A stretch of 64,000 nt of DNA from Eledone cirrhosa (taxonomy: Eukaryota), in the NCBI GenBank assembly GCA_964016885.1, contig OZ024742.1, positions 202,802,001 through 202,866,000 of the forward strand. The letters are read 5' to 3'. Position numbers and translations under genes: made by a program. Shown piece by piece: positions 50,956 through 60,401 of the stretch. The notes under the pieces were generated by a model. It did no database searches and was not told the origin of the DNA. It saw only the letters and a program-made list of their open reading frames with translations. The stretch's first letter is position 1. Each line of letters starts with the position of its first letter.

Positions 50956-53900
50956 TCATCATCATCATTTTACGTCCGCTTTTCCCTGCTTGCAAGGGTG
51001 GGACGGGTCTTATTCAGCACAGCATCTCTCCACTCGTCACGGTCCCTCGTCATCTCCACCGTGAGCTTCAATGATCTGAGGTCTGTTCTCACCACCTCCG
51101 CCCATGTTTTTCGTGGTCTACCTCTACCACGTCTTCCTTCAACTGGCATTTCCTGGCACTTCTTCACCCATCGGTCATCCTCCATGCGCATCACATGTCC
51201 ATACCACCTCAGTCTCCTCTCCCGTACACTACATTCTATCCTTCTCAGACACAGTTTCTCTCTCAACACATTTATGCTGGGTCGTTCACGCACATTTACA
51301 CTGCACATCCAACGGAGCATGCTTGCCTCATTTCTCTCCAGCCGTCGCATATCTTCTGCGGTAGCTGCCCATGTCTCACTACCATGCAGCATCGCGCTCC
51401 TCACACACGCATCATACAACCGGCCTTTCGTACGCAGGGAGAAACCCTTCTTCGTCAACAGAGGAAGCAGCTCCCTAAACTTCTTCCAACCCGTCCTTAT
51501 TCTAGATACTATGGCCTCGGAACACCCTCCTCCCATGCTAATCTGATCTCCTAGGTACCGGAAGCTATCCACCACTTCTATAGCGCCCTCTCGCATTTGA
51601 AAAATGTGTCTATCAGTGCGACTTCTACTGTCTAATTTCCCTGTACATCTACTGCATACATATTTCTCCCTACCTGTTAGTTTGCCTGCTATCCCGCTAC
51701 ATCTCTTGTGTACCCAGGACCTACATTGTGTGCATTTTATAGAATTTATGCCAGTTCCTTTTCTGCATATCGAACATGGCCATTTCCCTGACGGAATCAG
51801 GGTTTTGTCCTCTTTTCTACTCATCAACACTTTTGTCTTAGCTAGATTTACTCTCAGTCCTCTTGCTTCCAACTGCTGTTTCCATAGCCGGAATTTATTC
51901 TCTAGCTCCTCTACTGATTCTGCCATAAGAGCCAGATCGTCAGCATAGAGAAGTTCCCATGGACAGCCAGTCTTAAACTCCTCTGTTATGGCTTGGAGGA
52001 CTATAATGAACAAGAGCGGGCTGAGGACCGAACCCTGATGTACTCCTACTTGTATCTGGAATTCCTCACTAAACTCCATTCCTACCCTGACTTTACTGAG
52101 AGTACCTCTGTACAAAGTTTGCACTGTCCTTACAAGCCATTCCTCAACACCCAGCTTCCTTAGGGACCACCAGATGACAGATCGGGGTACCCTATCAAAG
52201 GCCTTCTCTAGGTCAACAAAGGCTAAGTATAGTGGCTTATTCTTCTCTAAGAACCTCTCTTGCATTTGTCTCACCAAGAAGAGGGCATCTGTTGTACTCT
52301 TCCCAGGCACAAAACCAAACTGCATCTCATCTAGTTTGACCCTTTCTCTAATTAGTTGTGCTAGAATCCTTTCTGCCACTTTCATAACCTGATCTATCAG
52401 TTTTATACCCCTATAATTGCTCCTCTCCAAAGCATCCCCTTTACCTTTGTAGCAATTTATGAGAATACTGCTGCACCAGTCTTTGGGTATGACACCACCA
52501 TATATAGCCTGATTGATTATGCGTGCAACCAGTTTAGTGCCTACGTCCCCTGATGCCTTCAGCATCTCAGCAACTATTCCCGATGGTCCGGCCGCCTTAC
52601 CATTTTTCATTTCCCTAATCGCCTCTTGGACCCTATATTCGTCAATCTCAATAGCTGGTCCCTCTGTCGGATCTACCAAGGGTAATTTCTCTCTCTCCCA
52701 TTCGTTCTCCACATTCATCAGTCTCTCATAATGACATTTCCAGGCCTCCTTTTTCTGGTCATTCGTGACACTAAGTACACCGGCATCATCCCGGACACAT
52801 TTATCACCAACAACATCCTGATTTGCATTGACACGCTGCCTTGCAATGTGGAACACCGCACGCCTCTGATCTTCCCGTCGCAGAACATTGGCAAACCTCC
52901 TACTCTTTGCCTCCCTGCGTGCTAAGTACACCTGACGTCTAGCTTCTCTCTTAGTGGCTGTATATTCTTCCCTACTCCCACCCTTATTCCAAGCCTTCCA
53001 TGCTAGTCTTTTGTCTCTAATAGCCTTATCTACACTGCTGTTCCACCACCAGGTCACTCTCTGTCTGGTTGGAGCTCTGCTCCAGCCACAGGTTTCATCA
53101 GTAGCCTTCAGCAAGTTGTCACGTAAGAACTTCCAGTTATTATCTATGTTATACGTCTCTAAATCGTCTTCTTTTTCGTCATATACATCTTGAAGGGCTT
53201 TCCTAAATTTGAATTTTAGTGAAAGGTCTTTTAGCTTCCAGACCTTTCTTCTCCACACCTTCCTATATGTCTCATTCCATCTCTTGCTTACTGAGATATC
53301 ACTAACAACTAACCTATGCTGTGGGGTACATTCTTCCCCAGGGTATGCCTTGGTATTAGACACTATCTGCCTGTCCCGCTGCCTAACTAGCAGGAAGTCA
53401 ATCTGGCTTATGTGCTCACCAGATTTGTAGGTTATTAGGTGATTGGCAGGTTTCTGGAAGTTTGTGTTGCAAATAGTCAATGTACTTGCATCACAAAATT
53501 CAAGAAGTCTCACTCCTTCTTCATTTCTTGAACCGTAACCGTGCCCACCATGTACCCCAGTGTAACCATCCTGGAGCTGTCCAACATGACCATTGAAGTC
53601 TCCTGCTAGCATAACGATGTCTCCGTCCTCTGTCATTGTGGTTGTTTGCAAAAGTTGCTCATAAAAGCAGTCTTTCTCATCTTTGCCTAGGCCTGCTTGG
53701 GGAGCATAGACCGAGATGATTGTCAGTAGTCTCCTACCTACAACTAATCTAAGCTTAATTATTCGATTACTAACTCGAACTACCTCTATTGTCTTATTGA
53801 TCCATTTCTCAGCCAGGAAAATGCCTACTCCCCCTAACCCATCATCCTTACCTACCCAGAATAGCTTATAGCTAAGACGCTTGCCTACGACTAGTCTCGC

Positions 53901-54227
53901 AGAGGCACCCCTCCATCTCACCTCTTGCACGCAGCACACATCCACCTGCCTTCTCTCCAGCATCTCCGCTATTTCAGCAGACCTACCTCTGAGAGTGCCA
54001 ACATTAAGTGTTGCAACTCTGAGATGCGACGTCTTCATATTTTTCTATGCTGTTTTGTTGCTGTGCTGATAAGCTTTTTGGCATTGATACACTGGTTGGA
54101 TGCCCTTCCTAACACCAGCGCCACTTTACAGCATGGACTGGGTGCTTTTATTTGTGCCACCAGCACTAGAGAGGATGTCTTACTAGACTCAAGGGCCCTC
54201 TCTACCCCTCCATTTTACAGCATGGTC

Positions 54228-54261
<34 letters not shown>

Positions 54262-54510
54262 AAACTTATTGACACGACTCACACACTAATACTCATGCAT
54301 ACAAACCACAACCACACATACCAACACTCATTCATGCATACAATCACGCACACCACTCACAAACATATATATATATACATATATTACCGACAGTACTGAT
54401 ACAAAATCAAAATCAAAGTCAAAATCAAAATCAAAATCAAAATCGTCAAAATCACTATCATGTCAACTGTTGACCTTTCCCAGTCCAGTTCGGCTTGTAT
54501 ATAATAACAA
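50956..54510 (-). mobile_element. RTE LINE family B copy 2 (intact ORF, longer 5' UTR)
   Basis: (GAT)n tail at 50956-50968. 5' UTR shared with copy 1 up to ATTACCGACAGTACT (~54397). The extension to ~54510 is uncertain. Confidence 0.92.
50970..54038 (-). CDS. RTE LINE ORF: APE endonuclease + RT with inserted PHD-type finger (1022 aa, intact)
   Basis: ATLNVG, CCVQEVRW, SVYAPQ, AGDFNGH, IDFLL; VDLEKAFDRV, GVHQGSVLSP, LYADD, CSIC..CTQC..HKRC..CSRC, FRYLG, GRPRKTW. Confidence 0.95.
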   Translation of the reverse strand: MKTSHLRVATLNVGTLRGRSAEIAEMLERRQVDVCCVQEVRWRGASARLVVGKRLSYKLFWVGKDDGLGGVGIFLAEKWINKTIEVVRVSNRIIKLRLVVGRRLLTIISVYAPQAGLGKDEKDCFYEQLLQTTTMTEDGDIVMLAGDFNGHVGQLQDGYTGVHGGHGYGSRNEEGVRLLEFCDASTLTICNTNFQKPANHLITYKSGEHISQIDFLLVRQRDRQIVSNTKAYPGEECTPQHRLVVSDISVSKRWNETYRKVWRRKVWKLKDLSLKFKFRKALQDVYDEKEDDLETYNIDNNWKFLRDNLLKATDETCGWSRAPTRQRVTWWWNSSVDKAIRDKRLAWKAWNKGGSREEYTATKREARRQVYLARREAKSRRFANVLRREDQRRAVFHIARQRVNANQDVVGDKCVRDDAGVLSVTNDQKKEAWKCHYERLMNVENEWEREKLPLVDPTEGPAIEIDEYRVQEAIREMKNGKAAGPSGIVAEMLKASGDVGTKLVARIINQAIYGGVIPKDWCSSILINCYKGKGDALERSNYRGIKLIDQVMKVAERILAQLIRERVKLDEMQFGFVPGKSTTDALFLVRQMQERFLEKNKPLYLAFVDLEKAFDRVPRSVIWWSLRKLGVEEWLVRTVQTLYRGTLSKVRVGMEFSEEFQIQVGVHQGSVLSPLLFIIVLQAITEEFKTGCPWELLYADDLALMAESVEELENKFRLWKQQLEARGLRVNLAKTKVLMSRKEDKTLIPSGKWPCSICRKGTGINSIKCTQCRSWVHKRCSGIAGKLTGREKYVCSRCTGKLDSRSRTDRHIFQMREGAIEVVDSFRYLGDQISMGGGCSEAIVSRIRTGWKKFRELLPLLTKKGFSLRTKGRLYDACVRSAMLHGSETWAATAEDMRRLERNEASMLRWMCSVNVRERPSINVLREKLCLRRIECSVRERRLRWYGHVMRMEDDRWVKKCQEMPVEGRRGRGRPRKTWAEVVRTDLRSLKLTVEMTRDRDEWRDAVLNKTRPTLASREKRT

Positions 54511-54872
54511 TAACAATAATAATTGTTTGTTTACGCTGGTAATGGCGGTGGTGGATGGTGTCAGTGTGGTGGTGGTGGATGGTATCAGCGTGGTGGTGGT
54601 GGATGGTCAGTGATGGTGGTGGCAGTTGTTGGTGCTGTAGTTGTTATTGTAGTTGTTACTGTTGTTGTTGTCCTTCATTTCACTGCTGCTGTTGCTGCAG
54701 ACAATGGTGTTGATGCTGTTATTGCTGTCGCATATATACAAATACATACACACACATTCAACACAGACGATGGTGTTGTTGCTGTTGTTGTTGTTGTTGT
54801 TGGTGTTGCTGCTGTTGTTGTTGTAGTTGTATCTGTGTTGAAATCTGGTCGCATCCACTGAGATATACATAT

Positions 54873-54915
<43 letters not shown>

Positions 54916-55004
54916 ATATATATAATATATATAATATATATATATATAATATATATATATAATATATATATATAATATATATATATTATATATATATAAT
55001 ATAT

Positions 55005-55497
55005 ACAGCTTGAGATCGGTGTGGAAGTCGGACCTTCGTAGAGACCTGAAAATCCGCCTCTTCATTGCTGTAGTGGAGTCTGTGCTGCTGTATGGGTCTG
55101 AGACTTGGACACTGACCAAGAAACTCACTCAGATGGTGGATGGGTGCTACACGAGAATGCTGAGGATGGCTCTGAATATTAATCAGTATACACTGAGGAT
55201 GAAAAACTCAGAGCTGTATGGGAGCATCCCAAAAGTCAGCTCAAAAGTGACAAAGACTGAGGTTGGCTGGACATGCTCACCGGCATCCAGAGTTGACATT
55301 GCACTCAGTGCTCCTTTGGGAGACCCTACATGGACACACTAGAAGATGAAGACCAAGGTTAACATATGTTGATGCCCTAACGACAGACACTGGTCTGTTG
55401 GAGATGCAGGATATGGTAGCGATAATGAGGGACAGAGACCGCTGGAGAGAACTCGTCCATGGATCTCGGGAATTTTACCCGCCTTAGATAGATAGAT
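55005..55497 (+). mobile_element. RTE family C 3' fragment with (TAGA)n tail
   Basis: [35 protein letters not shown]...GCYTRMLR. Confidence 0.88.
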
Positions 55498-55500
55498 ATA

Positions 55501-55951
55501 TCATCATCATCACCGTTTTACGTCCGTTCTTCCACGCTAGCATGGGTTAGACGGGTTGTCCTGCTGTTGGCAGTGTCTGGTCGGCTGACCATGCCTTGCT
55601 CATACAGGAACTGATCTGGCTTGATTTCTTCAGCTGGATGCCCTTCCTAACACCAACCTCATTTACAGTGAGTGCTGGGTGCTTTTTCGTGGCGCCTACA
55701 CGTCCACTTTACAGTGTGGGCTGGGTGCTTTTTTGCCGTGGCACCTCCACGACCACCTTGCGGTGGGGGGAGTGGGGGCATATTGTTTATATGCTTCAGC
55801 ATGTACCCATGGGAGGTCGGGTACCCTGTATTACTGCGTGACGCCAGAAGTCACGGTCGTGTGTCATTGACTTTGAGAGGTGTAGTTGGGTAAGGTCGGC
55901 TTTTATCACCTCATCCCAAGTCATCTTGGGTCTCCCCACTCCGCGGTTTCC
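55501..55951 (-). mobile_element. 3' end of a family A-related RTE (ORF C-terminus + motif-bearing 3' UTR)
   Basis: GVGRPKMTWDEVIKADLTQLHLSKSMTHDRDFWR, followed by a UTR containing GGTGTTAGGAAGGGCATCCAGC and a (GAT)n tail. Confidence 0.8.
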
Positions 55952-56044
55952 ATATATATAATATATAATATATATATAATATATAATATATGTATAATAT
56001 ATATATATATATAATATATATATATATAATATATATATATATAT

Positions 56045-58521
56045 GAGAGTATTGAAGTTTGCTTGAAGCATTGTGGAACAATAAGTAAATATCTTTAAGT
56101 CGTTTGGAAGCCCCGACAATGCAAATGGGTAAATCTCCAGGTAACAAGGTCCGGTGGTGGAGAGAGAGATGTAAGTGGGTGTACGTTGAGATGCGTGGTG
56201 TGTAGAAGATATGTGAGACGTGTAGAATGAAGGGAAGAGTATAAAGGATAAAAATAAAAATAACAACACAAGAGAGAGTTACCTTGGGAGAGATTTAATA
56301 GTCCCTATATATTTCGGATTCACATCCATCAACTGGGGTTTTTTTCCGGGGTGGGGGAAAAGGTTGTCTGTCGGACAAGTCCAGAACGCGTCTTTCGCTG
56401 TTTGTTGTTTTGAATATCTGAGGTATTCGGCAGAGCGCACGTGCGCATGAAATGGGGTCGGTCGTACAGAGGTCAGCGGCCGAATGAGGGAGTGGGATGG
56501 CGCTAGCTGTCAGTCCATTCTCTGCCTGTTTGTTAAATGTTGCTGTGTGTGTGTGTGCGTGTGTTGTTGTCTCGCTTGTGTGTGTTGTGTGTGTGTGTTG
56601 TTGCCTTGTTCATCTGTATTGGCAATGTAGTATGTTTGTATTGTGGAATGCTACTGTGTGTGTGTGCGTGTGTGTGTGTAGTTGTCTCCTTTGCATGTGT
56701 GTGTGTGTGTGCGTGTGTTGTGTTGTTGTCTGGCATGTTCGTATAGTACTGACCCGTTTTTTCGTCCTTTTAGTTCCCCCCAGTGTTGGTCTATCCTTTC
56801 ACCTATGCTTCGAGCTGTCTTGCCTATGTATGTTGTTGTCATGTTTCTGCAAGTACCCTCTGTACATCTTATGCTATAGACTACGTTTCTAGTTTTACAG
56901 TTTATCTGGGGGTTTACCTTACATGATACATTTCCTATTAGTACAGTGGGTTTTCTTAAAAGAGCAGGTTTTGCTGATCAGGGATTTTATGGTGGTTTCT
57001 GGCTTTTCTACCACCTTAATCTTTAAGTGGGTCTTTCTCAGGGCCTTTCTACACTGGTTAGCTAATTTCCTTCCAGGGGTAGCGTCCACAAACATGACAC
57101 TCTGGTATCTCTGGTTGTCGTACCATGAGGTGGCTTTCCCTATCTTATGTCTAGCCCTATCTAAGCTATTCCATGATTTGCTCCTTTATAATGGGCAAAT
57201 TCCTTTCATGTCCAGTTCTATGAGGGTCTTATACTTCTCCATGGCTCCTTCGTATACTCTGACTCTGTTTCTTTGGTTGTAGCCAGAGAACTGCATGCGG
57301 TTGATGAAGTGTTGGATGTGTCTTTCCATTTCTGTTGGGTCGCACATGCGGGACACGTTCTTCATCCCTCGTACCAAATCTGCGATCAGAATATTAAACT
57401 TAGCACTACTGGACATTGCTGAGTTTTTGAGTATCAGGTATTTGGAGGCCATGGGTTTAGCATAGTGTGAGTGGAGAATTTAGGCTCTCTCGTCTACAAT
57501 GTTAATCCAGAGTTCCGTGTCTAATACAGGTAGTCTATTGTTAGGGTGTTTGGAAGGGTAGTCGATAGTTACAGTTATACTCTGGTGTATGGAACTGGCT
57601 ATCTCCTGGATGCTTTCCATTGTGCTACGTTCTAAATCAAACTTGTTAGTGCTCTCTATTGGAGATGTTCTTATAACTATATTGATATCGTCTACGTAAC
57701 GAGAGTACATGATGAGGTCTATGGAGCTCTCATTAAGGAGATCTTTAAGTCTCCTTTCCCACCATACCATAAAAAGGTTGGCAACATCCCCAGCTATGCT
57801 GACGCCAATGGCTGCTCCCTCATTTTGGGTGTAGATCTTCTCGTTGAACTTGAATATGTGGCCCTTTAGGGTAGTTGTGATACTAGACCCTATTGCATGT
57901 GTGACCATTTTTCTTACCTGATCATATGTTTTCGGGGGTCCGTATAGCTTTGGTCCACCCAATCCACCTTCCCATGGGAGTCTTTTTTACCATTGAGGTT
58001 ATGGTGGGGGGTCTACCTCTTATGGGTCTACTAGGGCAGAAACATCTAAGGTCATGGCTGTCTAGGTAGTCAGTGTCGTAGGTAAGTCTAAGTAGGAGGC
58101 CCAGTTCATCCTTGTCGACGTCGCAGAACTCCACCTCACTTTCAATGATCATCTCCACACTTTTTTCCACAGCAAAATCAATGTTAATGGATGGGTACAG
58201 TGATACCACATCCATGCTGCCTATTATGCAGTTGGATAGGTTCCTGTTTTTGTTGCACTCACTGATTCTACTGAGGAGGTCCTCTGTACTGTCACATACA
58301 TCTGGGGACATCTTGATTTTAGGGCGTATAACCATTGAGAGGAAGTAGGAGATCCTGTAGTTGCTAGTTATATTAGCTCCGCATACGGGTCTTGTTGGTG
58401 GTCCTGTTGTCGGGTCATTAACTGTCTTGTGGTCTTTGCGGAGCCCATACAAGGGTGGTATGCCATTGTTAGACGCCTGGAAGTTGTTGGCAGTGCACCT
58501 GCTTGGCTTTAGGATGTCCAC
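56045..58521 (-). mobile_element. Penelope-like retroelement (5'-truncated, frameshifted RT + C-terminal GIY-YIG endonuclease, putative pseudo-LTR at 3' end)
   Basis: PPLYGLRKDHK, PTRPVCG, SMDVVSLYPSI, YTQNEGAAIG, YSRYVDDI, LPVLD; NCKTRNVVYSIRC..C..YIGKTARSIGERIDQH..SVLYEHA. Confidence 0.88.
56303..56338 (-). ncRNA. Hammerhead-shaped motif with altered core, 3' of the Penelope ORF
   Basis: CCC-CAGUUGA-U-GGAU[GUGA]AUCC-GAAA-UAUA-UA-GGG. Stems are intact, but the core has two changes from CUGAUGA. Confidence 0.5.
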
Positions 58522-59032
58522 ATCATTATGTAAGCATTGAGGATTTTCTCTCTCCCATCATGTGTTAACATTCTTTAATAACATCTAACTCTTATTTATC
58601 ATATCTATATGAATTAATATAAATTTATCCCTATAAATATACCTATCAATTAAATTAATTTAATTTCTTTTTATAGATCTATATTCCTTATGTTTTAAAT
58701 AAGATTGATATTTTTCACTAACACATTTATAGTAAAATTTTATTCTCCTTAGCATTATTCTTTAATAACATCAAATTTTCATGTACCTTTCACCGGCTTG
58801 ACCTATTTTCATCCCCAAAGTAATCTTTTCATTCAAAATACTCTTTCCATTCAAAACTGAAGTCTGCATTCCTCTACCCTTATATTAAATTTCTACTACT
58901 ACTATTCTATCAACTTGACCACTTACTACTTTTCTTATTGGTCAATTCAAAACCTGTTCCCAAACAGACCTATTATATTAAATCTTTGTTGTTTTTTTTT
59001 AATAAACAAATATCATTATTTCTGAAGACAGC

Positions 59033-59134
59033 TCCCACCGAGGTTGACTTTGCCTTTCATCCTGACGGGGTCGATAAAATAAAGTACCAGTAATGCACTG
59101 GGTTATTGCTGGCCTTGTGCCTAAAGTAGAAACA
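59033..59134 (+). mobile_element. SINE family 1, 5'-truncated, with 18-bp TSD
   Basis: Flanked by ATTATTTCTGAAGA(C/G)AGC at 59015-59032 and 59135-59152. Confidence 0.85.
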
Positions 59135-59266
59135 ATTATTTCTGAAGAGAGCATATATATGTGTAGGTATGTATATTCCCTGATAGTTTGTAAAACTTTT
59201 ACATAGATCTATATGATATACATACCAACACACACATATATATCCTAGAAACGATCGTAAAATGAT
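59135..59266 (+). ncRNA. Type I hammerhead with ~100-nt stem II
   Basis: AUUAUUU-CUGAAGA-GAGCAUAUAUAUGUGU..GGUAUGUAUAU...AUAUACAUACC..ACACAUAUAUAUCCUA-GAAA-CGAUCG-UA-AAAUGAU. Confidence 0.65.
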
Positions 59267-59489
59267 GAATTTTTTAATATAAGGAACTGTTTCTTTGTTT
59301 TTATTAATTATTTTTATTAATTTATCTTGACTCTGTTTTCCTGTGTTTTTCATCGAAAAGATTTTGAATACATCTATCTTTTCATGATATTTGGATTACA
59401 TTGAGTTTTTCATATGGATTGGACACTACCGTATATTTTGGTAGATTTATCTACATATATATGTATATATATAATATATATTTCATTTC

Positions 59490-59821
59490 ATCATCATTTC
59501 ATTTTACGTCCGCTTTTTCCCTGCTTGCAAGGGTGGGATGGGAACTGATTTTGGCTTGATTTCTACAGCTGGATGCCCTTCCTAACACCACCTCATTTAC
59601 AGTGAGTGCTGGGTGCTTTTTTGCCGTGGCACCTCCACGACCACTTTGTAGTGGAATGATAGGGACCCCAGTCCCTATCATCTCATTTCTACAGGTGAGT
59701 AAACTGGAGCAATGTGAAATAAAGTGTCTTGCTCAAGGGAACAACACATCACCCGGTCTGAGAATTGAACTCACAACCTTTCGATTGCAAGGCTAATGCT
59801 CTAACCACTAAGCCATGTGCC
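59490..59821 (-). mobile_element. Full SINE: tRNA head + CORE-like domain + RTE UTR motif + RTE family B 3' tail
   Basis: GGCACATGGCTTAGTGG..GAGTTCAATTC; CCTTGAGCAAGACACTT; GTGTTAGGAAGGGCATCCAGC; CCCACCCTTGCAAGCAGGGAAAAAGCGGACGTAAAA. Confidence 0.85.
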
Positions 59822-59856
59822 TGTATAAAAAATCAAGTCATTAGAGATATACTTCA

Positions 59857-59990
59857 CTGCTTTACGATCGTTTCTAGATGGTGATAATACATTGTATCTA
59901 TACCCAGTTATTGATCTATGTAAGTTTACAAACTATCAGATAGAGAGAATATTTACTTACATGCATATCACCAGCTGTTTTCAAAAGCAA
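59857..59990 (-). ncRNA. Type I hammerhead, U3:A8 core variant, homologue of 59135-59266
   Basis: UUGCUU-UUGAAAA-CAGCUGGUGAUA...UAUCACCAUCUA-GAAA-CGAUCG-UA-AAGCAG. Confidence 0.6.
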
Positions 59991-60012
59991 TATATATATA
60001 TATATATATATA

Positions 60013-60328
60013 ATTATAATTGAATATAAAAGAAAGATAAACACAGATATACACATATATGTGTTCAAATCGTAAGGGACCAGATTCGCTAAGGTGGAAA
60101 AAATACTAACTATGGATGCGAAACAGCATAGCCAAATGCAGTCTGGGTGATTGGTAGTTACCACAATTCCGGTTTGTATTTATTTTCTTGATTTATTCTT
60201 AAATTGAGTCTGGCAAACCCTATTGTCCATAGTTAGTATTTTTTTCACCTTATCAAATCTGGTCCCTTACGATTTGAACACATATATGTGTTTATCTTTG
60301 TTTATATTTCTTTTATATTCAATCATAA
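60013..60328. repeat. Foldback inverted repeat (~100-bp arms, ~110-bp spacer)
   Basis: 60013-60116 is approximately the reverse complement of 60227-60328. Confidence 0.85.
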
Positions 60329-60401
60329 TATACGGCTCGGAAAAATCTCTTTCCTAGAGCTATTTTATTGTAAGAGACTATTTTGAGTTTCTAACTCAAT
60401 A

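Noticed and set aside
58540-58985. AT-rich stretch with faint LINE RT-like remnants on the minus strand
   Set aside because: Too decayed to support a call by eye.
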